In this document: positions 37,239 to 48,220 of the stretch, in pieces
How positions within the stretch are numbered: position 1 is the stretch's first letter
Layout of the letters: every line of letters starts with the position of its first letter
Source of the DNA: Candidatus Sysuiplasmataceae archaeon
GTDB taxonomy: Archaea > Thermoplasmatota > Thermoplasmata > Sysuiplasmatales > Sysuiplasmataceae
Length of the DNA stretch: 64,000 nt
Assembly: GCA_046706185.1 (NCBI GenBank)
Contig: JBJKPR010000056.1
Span: forward strand, 11,094-75,093
Reading direction: 5' to 3'
Translations under genes and position numbers: made by a program
Notes under the pieces: generated by a model
The model's database searches: none
What the model was told of the DNA's origin: nothing
The model's input: only the letters and a program-made list of their open reading frames with translations

Positions 37239-40178
37239 TCATTCTATATACCTCAACGCGGACGATGGCTCTATCCTGGACACGGCCCTGACAGAGCTGA
37301 GGACGGCTGCTACAGTCAGGCCTATGGATATCAGGACAAGCCCGGCTATGGCGGACGGGTAGTAGTCGAAGGAAAGCAGGTTGCTCAGCCTTTGTGATAT
37401 TATGTAGCCATTGAGCATGCTCATCAAAACCCCGATCAGTGAACCTGAAAGGGCGATGAACACGAATTCAAGCAGGAAGGAAGCTGATACCATCCTCCTT
37501 GTAAAGCCCAGGGCACGCAGGAGGCCGATCTGCTGGTATCTTTCTACCACCGATCGCATCGCTATTATCCCAAGCCCGGCTGTTCCTGCAACGAGGCCCA
37601 TTGCGATGAATATCTCAGTCATCTCGACAATGCCGTTGATCGCCATAGTCAGCTGCTGCGTGATGAGTGAGAGGTCTATGACCACTGGGTTGTATGCAAC
37701 CAGATCCTTCCTCACCTGTATTGACACAGCCGTGGCAGAAACACCCTGTTTCACCTTCACCATCAGAACCGGATAGGAATGCCCAAGCAGGCCAAGTGAG
37801 GAGAGGGTGTGTTCTGTGACAAAGATGCCCTGGAGCGCGAACTCGTTCAGTATACCCACGACGGTGACTTTCTGGGATGTGTGGTTGGCGCCATAGAGAG
37901 TCAGCACACTGCCGACGCCCACCTTCGCGTGCACCGGGCTTGCCTGGGCAAAGTTGTCCTGAGAAATTCCGGCGAGCGTCATATCTATGATCGCAAGAGA
38001 GCTGTTGTGCGCAACTGCGTCCCAGGCCGCAGAGGGAGAGCTGTATGCAGGCGAAAGGCTGTAGAAACTGTAGCTGTTGTGTGAGTAGAAGGGAGACGCG
38101 TCCCATAATGTTAGACCGATTACAGGATACACGAATGCAGACGGTCCGCTGCCGCCGTACGTCACTCCTGTGCTCACATCGTAGATGAGGCTGGAGTACG
38201 CTACCGAGGAGGACACGTTTGCATCCTGCTGCAATGCGGCAGTCATGTTGCCTCCGTTCGCACTGTAAACGACGAAGTTGTAACCTCCGCTCTGGTCGTT
38301 GACAGTCCGAACGGCTGCCGTGTTTATCATCGACCCGAGTATAGACACGGATACGATGCCGAATATGACAAACGAGAAAAGGGAGAGGGAAAGCGCAGTT
38401 CTCATCTTCCTCTCCGCAGGATAGGCAAAGGCCTGGCGAACCGTTGGAACGAATGTACCGCGGCTGTTTCGCCTTGGTTTGAGAACTTTAAGCAAGAGGG
38501 GAAGGAATGAGAAGAAAAGCATCAGTCCGCCAGTCACAAGGAAGATCCCAGACTCGACGTAAACGTAGTATGATGTGCTGTAGCTGGACGGAAAGATGTC
38601 CCATGAGGCTGGAAGGCCGTACTGGAGAATCAGAGCCGCCCCTATCATGCCCGTGAATATCTCGTTCTGCCTGAAAGTATAGAGGAAGGAGAATGCGGAT
38701 ATGGAGAAGAGGGAGAGGGAGAGCATCGAAAGAAGAAGCGATCCGGACTCTGTTCCGTAGTATAGTGAAATCGCCGCTCCGGCAGCGAGAAGCGCCGGAG
38801 GGACAAACCGCCTCGCGCTCCTGGAGGGCAGCCTGCCGTACGCTGACCTGCGGAGTGCGTCCACAATGCTGAACCTGCTTATTCTGTAGCTTGTTGCTGT
38901 TATTATCAGATATGTTACAAGAGCGCCGGCTGCAAAACCAGTGATTATGTCAGCGGGCGTCACAGTGAATGACCCTAACAGTATGTTCGTCTCCCTGATA
39001 GGAGCAGCGAATGTACTGCCGAACAGTAGAATGAAGCCGTATACCATAAGAAAACCTATTCCAATGCCTACGAACGATCCCACGAAGCATGACAGGAGAG
39101 AGTAGACGAACCCCTCAGTGACGAACCCCCCGACTATCTTCTGGCGTGTTACTCCTATTGCGCGGAGGGTGCCAAGGTCTCTCATTCTTTCCTCGGCAAG
39201 CATGTAGAAAATGACGACCACCAGTATTAAGCCGGCAGCAATCGCGAACAGGCTCAGTGCGAGGTAGAGGTCTGCGATATCGCTGATCTGTGCCCTGATA
39301 GTGGTGAGCTGGTCCTGGAGAACAGGAAAGGCGGTCAGTCCCGTACCAAGAGCATTGTTCACATTGTCAACAGCTGAATTGAGAACAGGCATGACAGCGT
39401 CGGTCTGGGCAACCGCCCCGAGTATGCTGCCTGTGTTGGCCACCGCAATGATGTTGATGCTGCCGTTGACTCCCAGGAGCGACTGAGCAAAAGACAGCGG
39501 CACGAATATGTTGTAGCCTGAATCAAAGTATCCCCTGTAGTTGTCCTTCACAACAGCAGCGATGGTGCCCGTGAAGGAGTGCCCCCCGCCTGCAAAGACT
39601 GTTATCGTGTCGCCGGCGGATGCATTCAACTGGGCAGCTGCGAGCTGGTCTATCAGAACGCTCCCCTGAGGCATGGCGCTGACCACGCTGCCGTTGACAG
39701 ATACAAAGTCGCCAAGGATGCTGTTTGAATACCATGGTGCTCCGATGAACCCGATGTTTGAATATGGCACACCGCTGGTGTTGTCATAGGCACTCGCAGT
39801 GGTGTAGATCATAGGAACCGCGCCGGAGACATTCGAGTCTGAAGAAAGAGTGTCGTTTATCTGCTGGTAGGCCTCGTAACTGAAAAGCCCGCCGGATAGG
39901 GGACCTCCGCTGGTGACAGTCTCGTCAATGTGCCCGTAGCTGAGCGTCACCATGTTGTCGCTCAGAGTAAGCATTGTGCTCCTCATGACGAGGGCGCCGC
40001 TTATCATTGCCGAGCCTATCATGAGACCGGCGATTATGAGGACGACCCTCTTCCTGTTACCGAAGGCGCTTTTCATGAAAAGCCTGAATATGTGCCTGTT
40101 GAGAAGTATGAGCAGCAATGATACTGCGACAGCGAGAGCAAATGTTGCCTCAAGCACCGAGAGGAAGTCCAGCGTCAT
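37239..40178 (-). CDS. FtsX/MacB-like ABC permease (duplicated)
   Basis: ERMRDLGTLRAIG and ERYQQIGLLRALG; two extracytoplasmic domains; ends ALRYIE. Confidence 0.92.
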   Translation of the reverse strand: MTLDFLSVLEATFALAVAVSLLLILLNRHIFRLFMKSAFGNRKRVVLIIAGLMIGSAMISGALVMRSTMLTLSDNMVTLSYGHIDETVTSGGPLSGGLFSYEAYQQINDTLSSDSNVSGAVPMIYTTASAYDNTSGVPYSNIGFIGAPWYSNSILGDFVSVNGSVVSAMPQGSVLIDQLAAAQLNASAGDTITVFAGGGHSFTGTIAAVVKDNYRGYFDSGYNIFVPLSFAQSLLGVNGSINIIAVANTGSILGAVAQTDAVMPVLNSAVDNVNNALGTGLTAFPVLQDQLTTIRAQISDIADLYLALSLFAIAAGLILVVVIFYMLAEERMRDLGTLRAIGVTRQKIVGGFVTEGFVYSLLSCFVGSFVGIGIGFLMVYGFILLFGSTFAAPIRETNILLGSFTVTPADIITGFAAGALVTYLIITATSYRISRFSIVDALRRSAYGRLPSRSARRFVPPALLAAGAAISLYYGTESGSLLLSMLSLSLFSISAFSFLYTFRQNEIFTGMIGAALILQYGLPASWDIFPSSYSTSYYVYVESGIFLVTGGLMLFFSFLPLLLKVLKPRRNSRGTFVPTVRQAFAYPAERKMRTALSLSLFSFVIFGIVSVSILGSMINTAAVRTVNDQSGGYNFVVYSANGGNMTAALQQDANVSSSVAYSSLIYDVSTGVTYGGSGPSAFVYPVIGLTLWDASPFYSHNSYSFYSLSPAYSSPSAAWDAVAHNSSLAIIDMTLAGISQDNFAQASPVHAKVGVGSVLTLYGANHTSQKVTVVGILNEFALQGIFVTEHTLSSLGLLGHSYPVLMVKVKQGVSATAVSIQVRKDLVAYNPVVIDLSLITQQLTMAINGIVEMTEIFIAMGLVAGTAGLGIIAMRSVVERYQQIGLLRALGFTRRMVSASFLLEFVFIALSGSLIGVLMSMLNGYIISQRLSNLLSFDYYPSAIAGLVLISIGLTVAAVLSSVRAVSRIEPSSALRYIE

Positions 40179-40879
40179 TATATCATGCCAGCCCGATTGT
40201 CAACTATCTTTCCATCCATTATTCGTATCGTTCTGGCGGTGTACGATGCGACACGCTCGTCGTGGGTTACCACGACAACAGTTGCGGAGAGTGTCTTGTT
40301 GAGGTCGTTGAAAAGTTCCATTATCACCCTCCCTGCCTCAGTGTCGAGGTTCCCGGTGGGCTCATCGGCCCAGATGACCTCGGGGCTGTTGACAAGGGCT
40401 CTGGCAATTGCTGCCCGCTGCTGTTCTCCTCCAGATAGCTGCGATGGCTTGAACTGTGCCCTGTTGCTCATTCCCACTAGCTCCAGCGTGTGAAGCGCCT
40501 TCTGCCTTGCGGTTGAAGCTTTTTCACCCAGTATCAGGGCAGGAAGCTCGACGTTTTCGACAGTTGTGAAGACCGGGAGAAGCGCATAGTTCTGGAATAC
40601 GAAGCCCATGTTTCTTGCCCTGAACCTGCTTATCTCACTGTCGCTCATATCAGCTATGTTTGTGCCTTTCACAAGAACCGCCCCCTCGCTTATCCTGTCA
40701 AGCCCAGAAAGGCAGTTCAGAAGAGTTGTTTTTCCCGAGCCGGAGGGCCCCATGACGGATATGAATTCGCCCTTCCCTATCCGTATGTTCACATGACTTA
40801 TTGCGGCAAACCTCTCCTTCCCGGAAAGGTAGTACTTGCTTACATCTCTTGCCTCGATGACGATGCTGTCGTTCTGCAT
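40178..40879 (-). CDS. LolD/MacB-type ABC ATP-binding protein
   Basis: GPSGSGKT, GFVFQ, LSGGEQQR, ADEPTGNLD, VTHD. Confidence 0.95.
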   Translation of the reverse strand: MQNDSIVIEARDVSKYYLSGKERFAAISHVNIRIGKGEFISVMGPSGSGKTTLLNCLSGLDRISEGAVLVKGTNIADMSDSEISRFRARNMGFVFQNYALLPVFTTVENVELPALILGEKASTARQKALHTLELVGMSNRAQFKPSQLSGGEQQRAAIARALVNSPEVIWADEPTGNLDTEAGRVIMELFNDLNKTLSATVVVVTHDERVASYTARTIRIMDGKIVDNRAGMI

Positions 40880-40977
40880 TTTGCGGCTCCGGGTACGGTC
40901 TTACGGGACATTCTGCCCGATAGATAAACTATGCGAGGCTTGCCTGAGGAGGACAGGCTTTCAGGCTGTCGTCGTAT

Positions 40978-41520
40978 TCACCTGACGATTAGTACGGAGG
41001 ACGGTGAGTCGGCGGCTACCCGTTCAGAGACGGAACCGAAGATTATACCCCTCCTGTAACCTCTTCTCCTGTTCCCCAGCAGTATCAGGTCGACTTTCAT
41101 ATCCTCGGCGGCATCGAGTATTGCATGGACAGGATCGGAAACAACCACGAGACCCTTTGCCCTGGAGATGCCGTGTGATCTTGCGAAATCCACTTTCTCC
41201 TCCATCCTCTCCTTCGCTTCCTTTACGCGTTCCTCCTGCATCTGCATGTTCACCATGATCGAATCGGGTGCTGTCTCGCTTCCTGCTATCATATGCGGTG
41301 TCACCGCATGAAGCAGGAAGAGGTGCGCCTGCCTGTGGTTCTGGAGCAGTTTGATCGCAAAGTCAAACGCCTTTTCCGCCTCAGGGGTGAAGTCCATGGC
41401 TACAAGAACGCCTTTAAGCACAGCGACTTCGTGCTGTGCCTCGCCCGCGGTGTCTTCGCTGCTTCTGGCCCTGTCACCGCGATTGCGATCTCTCACCCTG
41501 TGCTTCCTGGTCGCAGCCAC
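40978..41520 (-). CDS. Universal stress protein
   Basis: VLVAMDF, DLILLG, FGSVSERV, VLIVR. Confidence 0.9.
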   Translation of the reverse strand: MAATRKHRVRDRNRGDRARSSEDTAGEAQHEVAVLKGVLVAMDFTPEAEKAFDFAIKLLQNHRQAHLFLLHAVTPHMIAGSETAPDSIMVNMQMQEERVKEAKERMEEKVDFARSHGISRAKGLVVVSDPVHAILDAAEDMKVDLILLGNRRRGYRRGIIFGSVSERVAADSPSSVLIVR

Positions 41521-41648
41521 GACACTGAAATGAGGGCGGGGCGTATTAAACGGGCAGGCTGAGATGTCAGGTATCTGGTTAAAATAGAAACCGGCGGTGG
41601 CAACCCATTTTATCGGATGACGCAGATCATGCAGGCTGGTGTTCAGAG

Positions 41649-42131
41649 ATGTTGGTTGATTTTAAACTTAAACGGGCGCCACCGTACAAGGTCGCGTGGC
41701 TGGCGGAGGAAAAGGCGTACAGCGACAGGGCAATCAGGGCATCGTTCAGCCGTGTTGCCCAGTGGGCGGCGTCGAAGGGTTACAGCACAGGCAAATGGCT
41801 GTTCATCGAGCAGTACGAAGAGGGAGGAACACTGAGATGGAATGCATGCATCGAGGTAAAGTGCAATGCAAAGGGAGAGGGCGGTATCGGAGTCAAGACA
41901 ATAAAGTCCTCTGACGTTGTCAGCGTCTCATTCAACCCGGATGAGGTTTCTTCGAGGCTTGTATATCACGGCATCAACGACTGGGTACGGTGGAGAAAGA
42001 AGGAGGGGACAATATCCAGGAGCGGCAGGTTCAGGGAAGTTTACCCCGGAGACCCGTGGAAAGATGCAAGCGCATGGAGCAACGTTGAAGTGCAGCTGAC
42101 GATTGAGAAGGGCAAGAGAGGGAAGGAGTAG
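41649..42131 (+). CDS. GyrI-like small-molecule-binding domain protein
   Basis: Stand-alone GyrI-like pattern: VYHGINDW, FREVYPGDP, EVQL. Confidence 0.7.
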   Translation: MLVDFKLKRAPPYKVAWLAEEKAYSDRAIRASFSRVAQWAASKGYSTGKWLFIEQYEEGGTLRWNACIEVKCNAKGEGGIGVKTIKSSDVVSVSFNPDEVSSRLVYHGINDWVRWRKKEGTISRSGRFREVYPGDPWKDASAWSNVEVQLTIEKGKRGKE

Positions 42132-42200
42132 AGGAGAGGGCAGCTTTGCCAAGCACTTCATTGGCGTCGCAATGATCCCATTGATTCAGGTGAACTGCGC

Positions 42201-42884
42201 ATGAAGGTGGCGGAAGGCATTTTCAGGGTGGAAGGCGTCAGAGGGAATGTCTATCTTCTCTCAGGAGAGAAGCTGATGCTGGTAGATACGGGAATGCCGG
42301 GCAGCGGACCAAAGATAGTCAGGTTCATAAGGGAAGAACTGAAGCGCGACGAGCACGAACTCTCCATGATAGTGCTCACACATCAGCACATAGACCATGC
42401 GGGCTCTGCACTCTGGCTCAAGGGGGCAACTCGAGCCAGAATAGCAATACACGAGGATGACGCCGACTACGTATCGGGCAGAAGGGAACCACTCAGGCCG
42501 AAGGGGGCAGCGGGGGTAGCATTCGCAGTTTTCTCCCCTTTTTTCAAGCTGAGGACATTCGACCCAGACCTACTGCTGAGGGATGGTGAAATGCTGGGGC
42601 CCTTCAGAATCGTGCACATTCCGGGACACACTCCGGGCAGCATAGCGATATGCGACGATGCAAACGGGCTTGTTTTTTCAGGCGACATAGTCTCAACGAG
42701 GTCAGGGAGGGCCGCTTTCCCGCCGCGATCGTTCAACAGCGACGGAAGCAAAATGAGGGAATCCTTAAGTGCGCTGCTTTCCAGGCATCAGGGCCTGCTT
42801 CTCCCGGGTCATGGGGAGCCTGTCCGGTCGGGGGTGGCGGCCAGACTGCTCACTGACGGCCCCCCGGAGCGGGTGAAGGTGTAG
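42201..42884 (+). CDS. Metallo-beta-lactamase-fold hydrolase
   Basis: THQHIDHAG, PGHTPGS, FSGD, PGHG. Confidence 0.92.
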   Translation: MKVAEGIFRVEGVRGNVYLLSGEKLMLVDTGMPGSGPKIVRFIREELKRDEHELSMIVLTHQHIDHAGSALWLKGATRARIAIHEDDADYVSGRREPLRPKGAAGVAFAVFSPFFKLRTFDPDLLLRDGEMLGPFRIVHIPGHTPGSIAICDDANGLVFSGDIVSTRSGRAAFPPRSFNSDGSKMRESLSALLSRHQGLLLPGHGEPVRSGVAARLLTDGPPERVKV

Positions 42885-42917
42885 AAGATAAATCCCGGTG
42901 AGCAGTTGCGGAGGAAC

Positions 42918-43727
42918 ATGAAGATATCCAGAGATGGAAGCCAGGCTGAGATAGAAACGCTTGGAGCCTATCTGAGTTCGCTTGTCCTTGACGGTCGTGA
43001 GATACTGCTGAAGTCGGAGGATGGAAGGCAGACACACGGGGGCGCATGCAACCTTATACCGTATGCGGGAAGGATCAGGAACGGAGAGTACTATTCAGGA
43101 GGAAGGAGGTACAGCTTCCCGAAGGAAAAGGAAGGAAACAGCATACACGGCTTCTCGAGAAACAGAGAGTTCACTACGGCCGGCACTTCCGCGGGCTATG
43201 CATGTCTTAAGGCTGTTCTTTCAGACAGGGGATATCCCTCGACGCTCGATCTGTCTGTCGATTACAGGCTTGAAAGGAAGTCCATCTCCGTTTCCTACAC
43301 AGCGCAGAATACTGGCGCGGCAGATGCGCCTCTTGTCATAGGAAGCCATCCTTACTTTATCACGGAGGGAAGATGGAAGATACTGCCGTCGGTGCCTGCA
43401 AGGGAGCTGCACCTTTCGGACGGCTATTTTCCGGACGGATCGTTCAGGCAGTTTGACTTTGACAGGTATCTTGATGAAGTCCCGCTCGACAACTGCTTCG
43501 AGGGGGGAGGGGATCTGCGCCTTTCGAGTGGGCGCGGCGACATTGTGATCCGCAGGAGGAGGATGGATTACTTCCTCGTGTACAACGGAGCATATGCACG
43601 TGGGTCGTCGGTGGCAATTGAGCCGATGACGGGCGCGCCGGATGCTTTCAACAACGGCATCGGTCTCAACGTCCTTGCCCCGGGACAGAAATTCGAGTGC
43701 GAATACTCAATAACGCTTCCGCAATAG
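42918..43727 (+). CDS. Aldose 1-epimerase family protein
   Basis: PYAGRI, IHG, HPYF, LDNCF, AIEPMT...DAFN. Confidence 0.9.
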   Translation: MKISRDGSQAEIETLGAYLSSLVLDGREILLKSEDGRQTHGGACNLIPYAGRIRNGEYYSGGRRYSFPKEKEGNSIHGFSRNREFTTAGTSAGYACLKAVLSDRGYPSTLDLSVDYRLERKSISVSYTAQNTGAADAPLVIGSHPYFITEGRWKILPSVPARELHLSDGYFPDGSFRQFDFDRYLDEVPLDNCFEGGGDLRLSSGRGDIVIRRRRMDYFLVYNGAYARGSSVAIEPMTGAPDAFNNGIGLNVLAPGQKFECEYSITLPQ

Positions 43728-43745
43728 AGATTAACCCGGCGTTCA

Positions 43746-44870
43746 ATGGGCGGTCACACGGCAGAGAGTATGACAGCGCTGAATGACGGTTACATCGAAC
43801 TGGGCTCGGTGAGGGGCAGCATGCTTGTAAGCAGAGCCGCAGTGGAACTTCTCCGCTCGGTCGACTCGTTCGCGTTCGACTGCGACGGAACGCTGCTCAA
43901 CTCAGAGGAGTCTTACGTTAGGGCCACCTTCGAGACAGCGAGGACGCTGTTCGAACGGCTTCACGGGCGGGGCATCGAAACAGGAAAGCAGGGGAGGCGT
44001 ATACTGTCATGGCTGAGACAGACGGGTGAATACAACAACGACTGGGACAGCACATTCGCTCTTGTCTGTTTCACCTCGATGGCGGAGGCTGAGCTCGACG
44101 GGGCAGGCGGAAGCAAGCTCCCTGCTGCCCTCATGGACAGGGCAGGGGACATAGCGTCTGAATTCATTTCCTCCGCGGACAGGAAGGATGCCGCCTCGCT
44201 GAAAGAGTTCATGAAACGTCGTTATGCTTCTCTTGCGAAGAAGGACGAGTTCGACCGCATATCCGGGTTCCTGAACTATCCAGGTGGCCCGGAGAGGAGC
44301 CCTGTTTCAAACGTGTATATGAAGTTCTACCTCGGAAAAAACCCGGACGACGGCTGGGACGGGAACTACCGGCCGCTCGATTACGGGAATGGGCTCATAA
44401 GCAAAGAGCGCCCCCTTGTCGATGCCCGGACTATGAGCCAGATCATATCCCTATCGGGAGGAAGAAAGCCTGCGATACTGACAGGCAGCTGGAGGAGCAC
44501 TGTTTCTGCAAGCCTGGGCCACCTTGCCCAGTACTTCGACATGGGTGCATCGATGTTCATAGGAGACATGGAGAACGAAGGTTCGCCAGATGTTGCACAC
44601 TTCAGGAAACCATCCGACAGGGGGCTGCTCCGAGCAATTGAATTGATTGGTTCAGACTGCTTGCTGTACACTGGAGACTCCGGTGAGGACATGATTATGG
44701 TCTCCGCTGCAAGGAAGAAAGGGGCCAGGGTGCTGTTCGCCGGCGTGACAGATAATACGCCCGACCCTGAGGAGTTCAGGAAGTACTTCATCGAGAAGGG
44801 AGCCGATGCGGTCCTGCACAGCGCCTCCCAGATACCGGAGCTCATGAATGAGCTCGGGCGCATCAGCTGA
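43746..44870 (+). CDS. HAD-superfamily hydrolase
   Basis: FDCDGTL, NNDWD, LTG, KP, GDSGED. Confidence 0.85.
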   Translation: MGGHTAESMTALNDGYIELGSVRGSMLVSRAAVELLRSVDSFAFDCDGTLLNSEESYVRATFETARTLFERLHGRGIETGKQGRRILSWLRQTGEYNNDWDSTFALVCFTSMAEAELDGAGGSKLPAALMDRAGDIASEFISSADRKDAASLKEFMKRRYASLAKKDEFDRISGFLNYPGGPERSPVSNVYMKFYLGKNPDDGWDGNYRPLDYGNGLISKERPLVDARTMSQIISLSGGRKPAILTGSWRSTVSASLGHLAQYFDMGASMFIGDMENEGSPDVAHFRKPSDRGLLRAIELIGSDCLLYTGDSGEDMIMVSAARKKGARVLFAGVTDNTPDPEEFRKYFIEKGADAVLHSASQIPELMNELGRIS

Positions 44871-45657
44871 GGGACGAACGACTCGCTGTCGCCTCCTTCA
44901 GCGACCTTACAAAGCTGCCCACCTCTTCCGGTCCCTGCCCTGCGCCCACTCTTGAAACTATTGCGCTTCCCACAACTATGCCGTCAGCCCCGGATGCGGC
45001 CAGCTGGGAGACGTGCCCTGGTGTGGAGATGCCGAAGCCGACAGCCACAGGAACCGGCGCTATCTTCTTGTATGACGAGAGGAGACCGACAGCCTGCTCA
45101 GGCAGCGAGGATCCCTCTCCCGTGGTGCCGTACCTGCTGACGACATACAGAAAGCCGCTTGTGCTTGAGGCAATCCTGCCCGCCCTTTCCGGTCCCGTAG
45201 CAGGCGAGGCGAGAAGTATGTTGTCGATAGAGCGGCGCCTGCACGCATTTCTCAGTGCCCTTCCCTCCTCAAGGGGCAGGTCTGGTACTATGACGCCTGA
45301 AATGCCTGCATCCGACAGGGAAGAGACGAAGCCCTCCTCCCCCATCCTGTGGATTGTGTTGTAGTAGCACATGACAACGACGGGAACAGCACTGCCCAGG
45401 GCGGAGCACCAGCTTATCACGCTCCCCACCCTCGTGCCTGCAGAGAGAGACCTGACACCTGCGGCCTGTACCGACGGGCCGTCCGCTATCGGGTCCGAGA
45501 ACGGAATTCCGACCTCGATTATGTCCGAATGCGCTGCTACAGCGCGAGCATAGGAAAGAAAAGACTCTGGATCGGGATCGCCTCCCATGAGATACGAGAT
45601 GAGTGCTGCCCTTCCCTCCGACGAAGAACGCCTGAATGCTTCGGCCAGACCGCTCAA
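44863..45657 (-). CDS. trpA: Tryptophan synthase alpha
   Basis: [31 protein letters not shown]. Confidence 0.97.
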   Translation of the reverse strand: MSGLAEAFRRSSSEGRAALISYLMGGDPDPESFLSYARAVAAHSDIIEVGIPFSDPIADGPSVQAAGVRSLSAGTRVGSVISWCSALGSAVPVVVMCYYNTIHRMGEEGFVSSLSDAGISGVIVPDLPLEEGRALRNACRRRSIDNILLASPATGPERAGRIASSTSGFLYVVSRYGTTGEGSSLPEQAVGLLSSYKKIAPVPVAVGFGISTPGHVSQLAASGADGIVVGSAIVSRVGAGQGPEEVGSFVRSLKEATASRSSLS

Positions 45658-46832
45658 TTCGTCCCCTCCATGTAGGCTGCGGCTGTCTCAACATCCTTGT
45701 CCCCCCTGCCGCTCAGGTTCACAACGACGATCGAATCCCGGGGCATCTTGCCAGCCTCCTCGACAGCAGCGTGGACGGCGTGTGCAGATTCAAGCGCGGG
45801 GATGATCCCCTCCAGACGGCTGAGGAGCCTGAATGCATCCATTGCCTGTGCATCCGTTACGGCCATGTACCTTGCCCTTCCGGTGCTTCTGAGGTATGAA
45901 TGCTGGGGTCCGACTGACGGGTAGTCGAGTCCTGCGCTTATGCTCGCAGTCTCAAGCACCTGGCCGTCCCCGTCCTGCAGAAGCATGCTCCTCGAGCCGT
46001 GAAGCACGCCAGGCTCGCCTGCAACAAGGGGCGCCGAATGCTTCCCGCTTTCGATTCCCCGCCCGCCTGCCTGTGCGCCTAGCAGCCCCACGCCCGAGCT
46101 CTTCAGGAACGGTGCAAATGCACCGATAGCGTTGCTTCCGCCGCCCACACATGCAACAACAAGGTCTGGCAGCCTCCCCTCGGACCTGAGTATCTGCCCT
46201 CTTATCTCCTTCCCTATGATGCTCTGGAAATCACGCACTATTGTCGGGTAGGGATGGGGGCCCACAGCGCTGCCAAGAAGGTAGTAGGTGTCACGCACGT
46301 TTGTGACCCAGTCACGAAGCGCCTCGTTGATAGCATCCTTGAGCGTTTTTGAGCCGCTGTCCACGGGATGCACCCTGGCACCGAGGAGTTCCATCCTGAT
46401 CAGGTTAAGGCGCTGCCTCTCCGTATCCTTCCTTCCCATGTACACTTCGGTCTGCAGGCCGAGCGCGGCACCGGCTATAGCGGTTGCCACCCCATGCTGC
46501 CCTGCGCCCGTTTCAGCTATGATCCTGCGCTTACCCATCATCGTTGCGAGCAGTGCCTGCCCCATGACGTTGTTGAATTTGTGTGCCCCGCCGTGGACGA
46601 GGTCCTCCCTTTTCAGGTAAATCTTTGCCCCGCCTGCGTGTTCGGTGAGCCTCCTGGCGAAGTAGAGGGGCGTGGGCCTGCCGCCGAACTGCCTGTTGTA
46701 GACGTCAAGCCTTGACTTGAATTCCCGGTCTTTCCTGAACCTGTTGTAGGCTCTCTCAAGCTCCTCGAGCGCAGGAACAAGTGTCTCCGGCACGTATCTG
46801 CCCCCGAACTCACCAAACCGTCCCTTAGTCAT
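45654..46832 (-). CDS. trpB: Tryptophan synthase beta (TrpB1 type)
   Basis: [42 protein letters not shown]. Start at MTKG. Confidence 0.97.
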   Translation of the reverse strand: MTKGRFGEFGGRYVPETLVPALEELERAYNRFRKDREFKSRLDVYNRQFGGRPTPLYFARRLTEHAGGAKIYLKREDLVHGGAHKFNNVMGQALLATMMGKRRIIAETGAGQHGVATAIAGAALGLQTEVYMGRKDTERQRLNLIRMELLGARVHPVDSGSKTLKDAINEALRDWVTNVRDTYYLLGSAVGPHPYPTIVRDFQSIIGKEIRGQILRSEGRLPDLVVACVGGGSNAIGAFAPFLKSSGVGLLGAQAGGRGIESGKHSAPLVAGEPGVLHGSRSMLLQDGDGQVLETASISAGLDYPSVGPQHSYLRSTGRARYMAVTDAQAMDAFRLLSRLEGIIPALESAHAVHAAVEEAGKMPRDSIVVVNLSGRGDKDVETAAAYMEGTN

Positions 46833-47466
46833 TTGAAACCTCCTTCGCCCTCCTGATGAACGTGGAGACAAGCTCCCTGGACTTCCAGCCGCCTGACTCG
46901 ACGCCGCTGGACACATCAACTACAGATGGCATCACGGCGCCAATTGCGCTCTGAACGTTATCGCAGTTGAGACCCCCTGCAAGCATCATCTTGGCCGGGT
47001 ATATCGTATCCCTGATTTTCCTGCTCAGCGCCCAGTCGTGCGTTTTTCCGGTGCCCCCGGAGATGCCGTCTACGGCGGAATCGACAACAACCATGTCGAC
47101 CACGTCCTTGAGAGCCGACGCCTTCTCCACCGCCCCTTCGGTTGCCTGGACCAGCCCAATCACCTGGACGCCAAGCACCTCCTTCAAATCAAGCAGCCTG
47201 GAAGGGGTCGATTCTATCTGTATCTGGACGTAGTCGGGCTCGAGAGCTGAGCACATGTTCGAGAGGAACTCCTCGTCTGTCGTGTTGACAACAGCCACTG
47301 TCTGGGCAGATTCTGCTGCCTGTGTCACAAGCGGCCTTGCCGCTTCAACAGTCAGCGATCTGGGTGACGTGCTGACCTGTATTATGAACCCCATATAGTC
47401 TGCACCTGCGGCAAATTCTATGTCCTCCCTTCTCCTATTTCCGCATATTTTGACTTCTGGCAACAA
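46825..47466 (-). CDS. trpF: Phosphoribosylanthranilate isomerase
   Basis: [27 protein letters not shown]. Confidence 0.96.
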   Translation of the reverse strand: MLPEVKICGNRRREDIEFAAGADYMGFIIQVSTSPRSLTVEAARPLVTQAAESAQTVAVVNTTDEEFLSNMCSALEPDYVQIQIESTPSRLLDLKEVLGVQVIGLVQATEGAVEKASALKDVVDMVVVDSAVDGISGGTGKTHDWALSRKIRDTIYPAKMMLAGGLNCDNVQSAIGAVMPSVVDVSSGVESGGWKSRELVSTFIRRAKEVSND

Positions 47467-48220
47467 CAGCCGCCTCCGTTATTGATGAGAGCAGTGAAGC
47501 ATCCTCGCCCATCACTGATGTTCCTACAAGGACGCCGTCCGCGCCCGCCCCGATCATCGCTGAAACCATATCGCCACTCGTGATGCCGCTCATGCCTATG
47601 ACCTGCCTGTCCTTGCCTTCCGAGCGGAGGATGCTCTCTGTCCTCTTCGGCTCGAGCGTCAGGTCGGACAGGTTGCGGTTATTGATGCCAATCAAGTCAG
47701 CACCTGTCTCCATTGCCCTCCTGTACTGCTCAGGGGAGTTTACTTCAAGTATGACTTCCAGCCCGAGTGAGCGCGCATCTTCCATCAGGACGTCAAGATT
47801 GTACCTTGACCTTTCGAATATCTCCATTATCAGGAGCACGCAGTCTGCCCCAAGCCTGTATGCAGCATCAAGCTGGTCCGTGGAGATGAAAAAATCCTTC
47901 ATAAGGACAGGTATGCCGAAGGTCGATGCTTCTGCAACGTTTTCCAGTGAGCCGTTGAACCTGTGTGGCTCGGACAGGACAGAGAATGCGCATACGCCTG
48001 CGTCGTAGAATTCCTGGAGCCTGCTTCTGAGCGGCACATCCGATGAGAGTTCCCTGACGGAAGGTGTTTTGCGCTTGAACTCCGCTATAACCGGAGCGCG
48101 GTTCCCGGAGAGCGCCTCCTTCATTGACAGCAGCGGGCGCGTCCGCTGGGACTTCACAGAATAGTACCCGGACATTACGAGTGAGAACGCATTGTCCACG
48201 AAGTAGTCCAGCTCATCCAT
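47435..48220 (-). CDS. trpC: Indole-3-glycerol phosphate synthase
   Basis: IAEFKRKTPS, SVLSE, LMKDF, GINNRNL, LVGTS. Confidence 0.95.
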   Translation of the reverse strand: MDELDYFVDNAFSLVMSGYYSVKSQRTRPLLSMKEALSGNRAPVIAEFKRKTPSVRELSSDVPLRSRLQEFYDAGVCAFSVLSEPHRFNGSLENVAEASTFGIPVLMKDFFISTDQLDAAYRLGADCVLLIMEIFERSRYNLDVLMEDARSLGLEVILEVNSPEQYRRAMETGADLIGINNRNLSDLTLEPKRTESILRSEGKDRQVIGMSGITSGDMVSAMIGAGADGVLVGTSVMGEDASLLSSITEAAVVARSQNMRK